Origin: Candidatus Thorarchaeota archaeon
Lineage (GTDB): Archaea; Asgardarchaeota; Heimdallarchaeia; Hodarchaeales; Hodarchaeaceae
NCBI GenBank assembly: GCA_048882505.1
Contig: JBHLRO010000049.1
Location: 1 to 8,962 of the forward strand
Direction of reading: 5' to 3'
Length of the DNA stretch: 8,962 nucleotides
Made by a program: the position numbers and the translations under genes. This document shows positions 1 to 7,017 of this stretch, in pieces. Numbering within the stretch: position 1 is the stretch's first letter; each line of letters starts with the position of its first letter. The notes under the pieces were generated by a model. It was not told where the DNA came from and did not search any database. It saw only the letters and a program-made list of their open reading frames with translations.

Positions 1-2
1 TC

Positions 3-8
3 GGAGGT
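3..8 (+). promoter_or_regulatory. Shine-Dalgarno site for the 15..1376 gene
   Basis: GGAGGT ends 6 nt before the ATG at 15. Confidence 0.7.
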
Positions 9-14
9 AATGAA

Positions 15-1376
15 ATGAACTTAGATGAGATTCTGGATCAAGTACCAGCATATGAGGAGTTCATGACGGTTGCTGAACTCAATGCTTCCAGCGCAAAACT
101 TGCAGACGAATATGATGCGGTGACTTTAGTCAGTATCGGCAAATCAGGAGAAGGTCGACCAATTGATTATCTGAAAATTGGTGAAGGAACAAAGGATGCA
201 CTGTTATTTGCTTTTCCTCACCCTAATGAACCGATTGGAAGCATGACTATTGAATTTTTCTCCAGATTTCTGGCTGAGAACCCAGAAGTCACCCGAAATC
301 TTGACTATACCTGGTATCTGATCAAGGCAATTGATCCAGACGGTGCCGCACTCAATGAGGGCTGGTTCAAAGGGACATTTGATCCCGTCAAATACGCTCG
401 TAATTTTTATCGTCCCGCACCCCATGAACAGATTGAGTGGACTTTTCCCGTCACGTATGAAAAACTCCATTTTTCTTCGCCCCCTCCTGAAACCCAAGCC
501 TTAATGAAGGTCATTGAAGAAATAAAACCATCATTCATGTTCAGCCTCCACAATGCAGGATTTTGTGGGGTTTACTATTACGTAACCCATAGAATCGAAA
601 CCATGTTCCCCGAATTCATCAGTCTAGTGGAAAAAACCATGCTACCAATCCATCGAGGGGAACCTGAGGCTCCCTACATTCAACAACTCCATCCTGCCAT
701 TTTCCAAATGTTTGGTATCCAGGAAACCTACGATTTCTACAGAAACAATGGAGTGGAAAATCCCCAAGATTTGATAAACTGTGGAACCTCCTCAGACGAT
801 TATCTCCGACGGATAACCAACGGGAAGGGATTTACGTTGGTGTGCGAAATGCCCTATTTCTATGATAGGATCCTAGGGGATCATTCCGAATCAGAATTCG
901 ACCGGCGAGAAAAAGTCCTTGAGAATTATGCTTTTGCTCAAGAAGCCCATGCTTTTATCCAACCCAAATTTGAGACTATTCGTAAATACTGTGACCCAAA
1001 ATCGAGACTTTATACCACGGTGGCAGACGGGGTTGACAATTTTGAGAAACGTCTTGCTCCTATGATTCACAATGCGAAAACTTCCCCAATGTATGATGGA
1101 AAGGCTACCAAAGCCCAAGCATTTGATTCGATGGTGGCCAATAGATTCTATTACGTATTACGCCCTGCAATGACGGCTCGATTATGTAAACGTGCTGCTT
1201 CAGATCACCCAGAGCATCGAACGACATTTTACCACCTCCATGATGAGATTGACTCATGGGTGGCGGATACGGTAACCAGTACTCTCAAGGACACGAACTT
1301 CGAAGTCAATCCCATCCAGAAACTTGTCCAAGTCCAAGTTGGAAGTGCTCTCATCGCCATCCAACATCTTTCTTGA
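15..1376 (+). CDS. M14-family zinc carboxypeptidase-like protein, cytosolic (453 aa)
   Basis: HxxE zinc motif (FAFPHPNEPIGS), third ligand in SLHNAG, candidate catalytic Glu in CEMPYF, IDPDG segment typical of M14. No signal peptide. Good RBS. Confidence 0.85.
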   Translation: MNLDEILDQVPAYEEFMTVAELNASSAKLADEYDAVTLVSIGKSGEGRPIDYLKIGEGTKDALLFAFPHPNEPIGSMTIEFFSRFLAENPEVTRNLDYTWYLIKAIDPDGAALNEGWFKGTFDPVKYARNFYRPAPHEQIEWTFPVTYEKLHFSSPPPETQALMKVIEEIKPSFMFSLHNAGFCGVYYYVTHRIETMFPEFISLVEKTMLPIHRGEPEAPYIQQLHPAIFQMFGIQETYDFYRNNGVENPQDLINCGTSSDDYLRRITNGKGFTLVCEMPYFYDRILGDHSESEFDRREKVLENYAFAQEAHAFIQPKFETIRKYCDPKSRLYTTVADGVDNFEKRLAPMIHNAKTSPMYDGKATKAQAFDSMVANRFYYVLRPAMTARLCKRAASDHPEHRTTFYHLHDEIDSWVADTVTSTLKDTNFEVNPIQKLVQVQVGSALIAIQHLS

Positions 1377-1516
1377 GTAAAGCAAATATCGGTGCTCTTT
1401 GGAGTTTTACAAGATTCCAACGCAAATCGGAAAATCATCATTATAAAACCATCTTTAGTTTAGTCCCTCTAGCTATTCCCATTTCTTTAGTAGTGGTTAT
1501 AGCTATTTTGGGTTGA
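1373..1516 (+). pseudogene. Possible detached 5' part of the beta-propeller gene (47 codons, one TM helix)
   Basis: TTG at 1373 overlaps the upstream TGA (TTGA). Ends in hydrophobic TIFSLVPLAIPISLVVVIAILG, then TGA 1514-1516, then CGA AGG CTA GTG in the same frame as 1526..2983. Confidence 0.35.
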
Positions 1517-1525
1517 CGAAGGCTA

Positions 1526-2983
1526 GTGAGACGAAATTTCCTAATAATTTTCTTCTTAGTTGGGTTCGTATTATTTTTTGACGAACTATGGATGTTTGGT
1601 ATCCCATTAGGTGGTATTCTCCCAGATTTGAGTGCTTTTCACATCGAGGGGATGCATCATTGGATGTTAGGCGTACTTCTTATGACCCTTGTCGGAATGT
1701 CGTATCTTTTTTGGACCCTAAACGAATATGCCGAGAAAAAACTGAATTTACAGGTGGGAAATAAACAAAAAGGGTTTGTTATTGCAGGATTCCTGCTTAC
1801 GGTTATTTCCTCAATCCTGATATCGTTTGGCGCGATAAATACCCTTATCTTAATCGGTAATGAGAATGGATTGTCAAACTATGGAGAAGACGCAGGGTTC
1901 GAGATAGAAGAAGGGCTAATCCTGGTTAAGACTGACAGGTTTGGAAGGTTTCTCTGGAACTGGACCGCTATTCGGGATTCTTCCCACATTATATCGGTAC
2001 TAGAGACGAATAACGGGAGTAGCCTGCTTCTCGTGACCACGAATATGGGCTGGAGTTCGGGAAATGTCGAATTGTTTAAGATAAATTCTGAGGGGACGTT
2101 AGAGTGGCACCAAACTCTGGGAAATGGCTATACTACCCCACTAGTGCATACTTCTGACGGGAACTTTCTCTTTGGAGGATATTTTAGCATCTCAGATGAT
2201 TGGTCACTTATGTTATTCAAAGTTGACGAATTAGGTCAGATTCAATGGAGCCAGACAATTGAGTGGCTAGGCGAGACATACCACATTACGGAAGTAGTTG
2301 AAACTTCGGATAACGGGTTCTTGTTTGCCGGAAAATTTGAAATTGTCAATTCAACGGGATTCTATTATTCTCCAGGATTGGTAAGGCTTGATGGCAATGG
2401 AGTCGTATTATGGAACCAGACCTTTCCTCAATTCTGGAATCTTGCGAAGCTTCTTGAAACAAATGACGGGGGATACATTCTCATTGGTGAAACAAACGAC
2501 GAAAACAGTGATTTCCTGATCATAAAAACAGATGAATGGGGTACTGAACAATGGAACTATAGCTATGGGGGAGTAGGTACTGATATCCCATCAGATGCAA
2601 TTGTCACCTCTGACGGGGGTTATCTTATCTCTGGTACTACTGATTCCCCAAACCCTGGTTTTGATACCGACACGTGGATAATTAAGGTTGATGCGAACGG
2701 AAACGAAGACTGGAATCAGGTCTATGGGGGAACAGAATGGGAGGGAATGTCAACCCTTATTGAGATATCAGATGACAGCTACGCTCTCGTGGGGAGTACC
2801 CGTTCTCATGGTTCTGATGACAGCAATATTTGGCTTGTTAAGATTGGTAGTACCGGGACCTTACAATGGGATCAGACTTACGGTATAGTAAAATCCGAGG
2901 AATATGCGTATGACGGAATTGTGACCTCAAAAGGAGATTATCTTATCCTAGGAACATATTTTATCAGTAATGCGTTGATATGA
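1526..2983 (+). CDS. Membrane-anchored 7-bladed beta-propeller protein (485 aa; start uncertain)
   Basis: About three N-terminal hydrophobic helices, then seven repeats of W-x2-T...(T/S)xDGG(Y/F)hhhG...hhKhDxxG. GTG start without a clear RBS. Confidence 0.8.
   Translation: MRRNFLIIFFLVGFVLFFDELWMFGIPLGGILPDLSAFHIEGMHHWMLGVLLMTLVGMSYLFWTLNEYAEKKLNLQVGNKQKGFVIAGFLLTVISSILISFGAINTLILIGNENGLSNYGEDAGFEIEEGLILVKTDRFGRFLWNWTAIRDSSHIISVLETNNGSSLLLVTTNMGWSSGNVELFKINSEGTLEWHQTLGNGYTTPLVHTSDGNFLFGGYFSISDDWSLMLFKVDELGQIQWSQTIEWLGETYHITEVVETSDNGFLFAGKFEIVNSTGFYYSPGLVRLDGNGVVLWNQTFPQFWNLAKLLETNDGGYILIGETNDENSDFLIIKTDEWGTEQWNYSYGGVGTDIPSDAIVTSDGGYLISGTTDSPNPGFDTDTWIIKVDANGNEDWNQVYGGTEWEGMSTLIEISDDSYALVGSTRSHGSDDSNIWLVKIGSTGTLQWDQTYGIVKSEEYAYDGIVTSKGDYLILGTYFISNALI
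1913..2980 (+). repeat. Seven ~50-aa propeller repeats with velcro-type closure
   Basis: Blades start WNWT, WHQT, WSQT, WNQT, WNYS, WNQV, WDQT. The last blade lacks its KxDxxG strand, and the N-terminal GLILVKTDRFG could supply it. Confidence 0.75.
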
Positions 2984-3386
2984 TCGGTTATTTAGCTGAC
3001 ATAAACGATGTTTTAGTAATTCTTGAAATCGCCTAGGTGAATGTGGTACCAGAGAGAATTGACCAGGAAAAGATTGAGGGGGAACTGTATCGTTTGGGAT
3101 TATTTTGCTAGGTCTCAGTTTTAAGGCCGGAGCTTTCATGAAACTTGTAAATCCTGAACTACATACAATTCACTAGAAAGAATATGTCCATGGTGAGTTA
3201 ACTTTCAACACTAAGTCTTGGGTTGCCACATTATACCTTGTGCTATACCGATAGTAAACTTACGAGTAGTTCAATCATTTTGCTGGATCCCTCTCACCAA
3301 CAGAGTTTGATTCTTATTTCCCTTGTTTTTAGCTCTTGCAATGTAGGAAAAGCAGTTATTATTGCAAAACTCCATTTGCTGATTAG

Positions 3387-3827
3387 ATGAAAAGTATGCT
3401 ATTATCACCCAGATATCTAAATCTAATCTTGGCTTTAGCTATTGGCCTGCATTTTTTATTCCCAATTATTCAGATAATTTACTTTCCACATACATTATTT
3501 GGAATCATTGTGATTGCTTCGGGTATAACTCTAGATATATGGGCAGTATTGGAGAATTATAACACAACAATCGATTTCAATGGAAAAGCCACCAGATTGG
3601 TGACCACGGGACCGTTTCAAATCAGTCGTAATCCAATATACTTTGGTGGAGTGATTCTTTCTCTAGGGATTGCAATATTACTCGGTTCACTAATCACTTT
3701 TGTCTTTCCAGCAGCCTTATTATGGATCTTAAACCGTTATTATATCCCTTTTGAAGAACGCAATCTAGAAAATACATTCGGTGAGGAATATCTTAAATAC
3801 AAACAGAAGGTAAGACGGTGGATCTAA
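3387..3827 (+). CDS. ICMT/PEMT-family SAM-dependent membrane methyltransferase, short form (146 aa)
   Basis: LVTTGPFQISRNPIYFG and EERNLENTFGEEYLKYKQKVRRWI family motifs; hydrophobic helices. Confidence 0.9.
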   Translation: MKSMLLSPRYLNLILALAIGLHFLFPIIQIIYFPHTLFGIIVIASGITLDIWAVLENYNTTIDFNGKATRLVTTGPFQISRNPIYFGGVILSLGIAILLGSLITFVFPAALLWILNRYYIPFEERNLENTFGEEYLKYKQKVRRWI

Positions 3828-4137
3828 AAACTCTTCCTCCTTCCTATTGACTTTTCATGTACGAATTCCTGAAATTATATTGCTAATACATTTTCTACGA
3901 CATTTGTTCTCCCTTATCAATCATAGGAAGAGCAATAAAAATACTACAATAACAAATCCCTAACACGCCTGCTGTTCCATCTAAGATTCAGTATCAGTAA
4001 ATTGTGTTCTAAAAGTAGGTTGGAGCTAGGTTCAAGTTATATACGGTCTCAGAAAGATAACCCTGAATTGTCCAAGAACCAAATCATTACCGCTAAAGTG
4101 CTAGAAAACTCTTCAGGTATGGAATCGGGTCATTTCA

Positions 4138-4821
4138 ATGGCAGAAGCCAATTTCACTGTGACGATGATAGTTCGCTTAGTTATTGCTTTTTTCCTGTTT
4201 TCTACCCTTTTATTTCTACCAGCAGGAACATTAGAATGGCCTGAAGCATGGGCCTTTATCATTATACTTTTAATTTATGGAATAGTTCTTCATTTATTAA
4301 TTTTCAAGAACTATCCAAACGCACTCAAGTCCCGGCAACGTTACAAGCCAGTTTTCGGCATTGATACTATTATCCTAATACTAGCGGGATTATGCCTTTG
4401 TGCAATGTTTGTCATTCTGGGGCTCGATGTTGGACAATATCAATGGACGGCATCATATGTTCCTTCTCTATTCAAGTACCTTGGATTCTCAGTCTTTGTC
4501 TGCTCATTGATCATCTATATGCTGGTGATGAAAGAAAATATCTACTTATCACGGGTGATTGAAATCCAAAAACAGCAGCAAGTCATTTCGACTGGGCCCT
4601 ATGCCTTTATCCGACATCCCATGTACTTAGGGAATGTTCTTTTTGCTATTAGTATACCTATTGCTCTTGGTTCTTTCCTGGCCATTATTCCTGCCTTATT
4701 TTTCGTTATCCTTCTTGTTCCCAGGATAAAATTTGAAGAAAAGATCTTGATCGAGGAACTCGACGGATACAGAGAATACATGCAACAGGTACGATATCGA
4801 ATAATCCCGAGGATTTGGTGA
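4138..4821 (+). CDS. ICMT/PEMT-family membrane methyltransferase, long form (227 aa)
   Basis: VISTGPYAFIRHPMYLG and EEKILIEELDGYREYMQQVRYRIIPRIW; N-terminal extension LFLPAGTLEWPEAW with extra TM helices. Confidence 0.92.
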   Translation: MAEANFTVTMIVRLVIAFFLFSTLLFLPAGTLEWPEAWAFIIILLIYGIVLHLLIFKNYPNALKSRQRYKPVFGIDTIILILAGLCLCAMFVILGLDVGQYQWTASYVPSLFKYLGFSVFVCSLIIYMLVMKENIYLSRVIEIQKQQQVISTGPYAFIRHPMYLGNVLFAISIPIALGSFLAIIPALFFVILLVPRIKFEEKILIEELDGYREYMQQVRYRIIPRIW

Positions 4822-5049
4822 ACGTGAATTCCTCCTTAGCGGCATGAACATTATTTGCCTGTTTACTGGGATTTTTTCAAGTAAAAATTGACCACGCTGA
4901 TTCCCGCCATCTTCGGCCCGAGACTGAACTTGAGTCTTCAGAGGATCGGTACTTGGGTCACCTGCAATTGAATTGTACTGATGAACAGACCACGAAACCC
5001 TAGGTAAAGTTTTTTCTATTGGGCGCCTATAACCAAATTTGGAAGATAA

Positions 5050-5538
5050 ATGCAAACGTTTCTCCCGTACCCTGATTTTAAAACTTCCTTTCAAGTATTA
5101 GACTGGAGACGACTTGGAAAACAACGATCTGAAGCTCTAACCATCATAAAGGCCATTGAAGGACACTCTCGCAAAGATGGTTATCCATACAAAGGGTGGA
5201 AAAATCATCCATGTACAAGAATGTGGCGAGATTATGTTCCTGCTCTAAAATTATACCATAATTTGTGTATTCTTGAATGGAGAAATCGTGGCTACAACAA
5301 CAACATGGCCCTTTTCGATCTCGATGAGGCCCAAATTGCTTATCCACATTGGCTAGGCTATTCTCCCTTTCATTCTTCTCATCGCGCTAACCTCCTAAGA
5401 AAAGATTATTCGCATTATTCCCAATTTGGGTGGAAAGAAAAACCGAGCGATGCCTATTTGTGGCTTGATGAAAACGATAGATGGTACTCTTTACGTTTTG
5501 GATCCAGTAAACGCATCTATTTAGATTCCTTGGCTTGA
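5050..5538 (+). CDS. MSMEG_6728-family / pyrimidine-dimer DNA glycosylase (T4 endonuclease V-like) protein (162 aa)
   Basis: MQTFLPYPDF...LDWRRLGKQRSE, GWKNHPCTRMW, EWRNRGY, PHWLG...FHSSHRANLLRKD...Y.W signature blocks. Confidence 0.85.
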   Translation: MQTFLPYPDFKTSFQVLDWRRLGKQRSEALTIIKAIEGHSRKDGYPYKGWKNHPCTRMWRDYVPALKLYHNLCILEWRNRGYNNNMALFDLDEAQIAYPHWLGYSPFHSSHRANLLRKDYSHYSQFGWKEKPSDAYLWLDENDRWYSLRFGSSKRIYLDSLA

Positions 5539-5792
5539 ATGAACTTTATTGGAGGAATCCCATATCAGGAATTAACGACCATCTCTAGTTACTGAATTTA
5601 TAATGGTCTTGTTCGATATTCAATTTTCTTATTGAACAAGGGGAAATTTTTAACGGTTGGGCCCACATTGGCACGCTTCTTATCCCTCCGTCGTGCTTGG
5701 CACTCAGTTTAGATAGGGAACCATGATACGCAGAAAGTTCAAAGACAATGATCGGAGGACTGGTTGATGAACCAATAGTTCATTATGGACCT

Positions 5793-5822
5793 TTAGTTCA
5801 ACGTCATTTTAAGAATTTAGAG
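5793..5822 (+). promoter_or_regulatory. Shared upstream motif, copy A, including TATA-like TTTTAAG
   Basis: TTAGTTCAACGTCATTTTAA-gaat-TTAGAG; 17/20 identical to 7018..7037. Confidence 0.5.
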
Positions 5823-5847
5823 ATTTTCGTTCTATTATCACTTAAAC

Positions 5848-5854
5848 AGGTGAT
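5848..5854 (+). promoter_or_regulatory. Archaeal-type Shine-Dalgarno site for the 5861 gene
   Basis: AGGTGAT ends 6 nt before the ATG at 5861. Confidence 0.7.
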
Positions 5855-5860
5855 TATAGA

Positions 5861-6874
5861 ATGAATAAAAAAGCGAAAAACTGGATAATACTTCCGACTT
5901 TTTTAATTGGCTTTTTGCTGTTGATTCAACTGAATACAATTCTTGTTTCTGCCGCAGAACAGTCAAATGATGTCACACTGAGTTTTACAAATCTGGCAAA
6001 CCCTGGTGAGGATCATTATGAGGGTTGGGTGATTGTAGATGGATCTCCAATAAGTACGGGCAAATTCACTCTTAACAGCACAGGAGATATTGTTGATTTA
6101 GAGGCTAATCCGATTGACAAATTTACTGTCGAATTTGATCCAGAGCTGGCCACAGATTTTGTTTTGTCACTTGAACCTTCGGGAGATACCGATTCCGTGC
6201 CTTCCGCAATTAAACCTCTGGCAGGAAAAATAACCAACAATGAGGCCACTCTCGCACATAATATAGGTGTGGGTCTATCCTCTATTAGTGGGGGTTATAT
6301 TCTTGCGTCTCCAACAGATCCAAGTGTTAGCGATCTTTCGGGAATCTGGTTCCTGGATCCAACCTCGGGAACACCCGTAGAAAGCCTGGACCTTCCTGAT
6401 TTAAGCGAAACCGATTGGGTATATGAAGGATGGGTAGTTCTAAATGGAACAGCAGTCACAACAGGCACTTTTGATAATGGTTCTATGGCGGATGCTTTTG
6501 ATGGGTACAGTGGGACTGCAGGTGGGCCCCCCTTTCCAGGAGAGGATTTCATTCAAAACGCGCCTTCTGGTTTAACCTTTCCTACAGATATCTCGGGATC
6601 CACGGTCGTCATATCAGTAGAACCACGTATGGATAATGATGCTGCGCCATTCCAATTCAAACCTTTGGTAGGTACAGTCCCATCAAATGCCGTTGATCAT
6701 ACATTTTACCAGCTTGAGGATAAGACTAACACTCTTCCAACTGGCATGGTTTCAATATCCCCAACAACTCCAGCTACAACCCCGTTCTTTACCTTTGGTA
6801 GTTTGTTGATAACCACAATCAGTATTGGTATTGGTTTCAAAGTTCTGAGAAAGTCTAAGGAAAATAATAACTGA
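5861..6874 (+). CDS. Exported, C-terminally anchored protein with two tandem YEGW domains (resembles families annotated as anti-sigma-factor/RskA C-terminal-like) (337 aa)
   Basis: Signal peptide MNKKAKNWIILPTFLIGFLLLIQLNTILVSAA. Internal duplication YEGWVIVDGSPISTGKF (6017) / YEGWVVLNGTAVTTGTF (6422) and FVLSLEP..D....KPLAG / VVISVEP..D....KPLVG. Thr/Pro linker, TPFF, TM helix and basic tail at the C-terminus. Confidence 0.8.
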   Translation: MNKKAKNWIILPTFLIGFLLLIQLNTILVSAAEQSNDVTLSFTNLANPGEDHYEGWVIVDGSPISTGKFTLNSTGDIVDLEANPIDKFTVEFDPELATDFVLSLEPSGDTDSVPSAIKPLAGKITNNEATLAHNIGVGLSSISGGYILASPTDPSVSDLSGIWFLDPTSGTPVESLDLPDLSETDWVYEGWVVLNGTAVTTGTFDNGSMADAFDGYSGTAGGPPFPGEDFIQNAPSGLTFPTDISGSTVVISVEPRMDNDAAPFQFKPLVGTVPSNAVDHTFYQLEDKTNTLPTGMVSISPTTPATTPFFTFGSLLITTISIGIGFKVLRKSKENNN

Positions 6875-6904
6875 GTTTGGAATTAGGGTCCTCTTATTCC
6901 TATT

Positions 6905-6918
6905 CCCCCCTTTTTTTT
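6905..6918 (+). terminator. Oligo-T archaeal-type terminator
   Basis: C6 followed by T8, about 30 nt after the stop at 6874, within a pyrimidine-rich tract. Confidence 0.55.
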
Positions 6919-7017
6919 CCTACCCGTTAAAGGAATTGCCCGTATTTATCTTAAAGCAGAATAATCTGCTTCAGGTTTATTACGAAAAATATTTATTTAA
7001 CGAGTTTTAGAGGATTA

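Noticed and set aside
1256-1372. 5' part of ORF 1256..1516
   Set aside because: Overlaps the carboxypeptidase out of frame; only the part from 1373 is considered plausible
204-1441. Minus-strand ORFs 204..497, 891..1118 and 1229..1441
   Set aside because: Antisense shadows of the well-supported carboxypeptidase; no motifs
1514-1516. Selenocysteine or genome-wide TGA=Trp recoding
   Set aside because: TGA ends six genes here at family-typical C-termini; the context is not a redox motif and I saw no SECIS
2688-3139. ORFs 2688..2888 (+) and 2948..3139 (-)
   Set aside because: Alternate-frame or antisense overlaps with no recognisable features
3336-3367. TTGCAAT-N18-ATTGCAA inverted repeat before the 3387 gene
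   Set aside because: 7-bp AT-rich arms with a long spacer; compatible with chance
3957-4030. attC-like start CCTAACACGCC, suggesting an integron cassette array
   Set aside because: No matching GTTRRRY arm or paired stem, no similar sites in other spacers, no integrase
4002-4244. 80-aa + ORF
   Set aside because: Overlaps the 4138 methyltransferase out of frame; no RBS or motif
3033-5005. CTAGGT at 3033, 3108, 4026 and 5000 as IS target scars
   Set aside because: No transposase, terminal inverted repeats or duplicated targets; a 6-mer is insufficient
4599-5347. Minus ORFs 4599..4781, 4696..5094 (as an intact gene) and 5144..5347
   Set aside because: Overlap well-supported + strand genes; only the spacer part of 4696..5094 is kept as a possible remnant
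5748-5864. 38-aa upstream ORF (MIGGLVDEP...) ending in an ATGA overlap with 5861
   Set aside because: Runs through the apparent TATA, shared motif and RBS of the 5861 gene and has no RBS of its own; probably incidental
6016-6552. Minus ORFs 6016..6249 and 6295..6552
   Set aside because: Antisense shadows of the 337-aa gene
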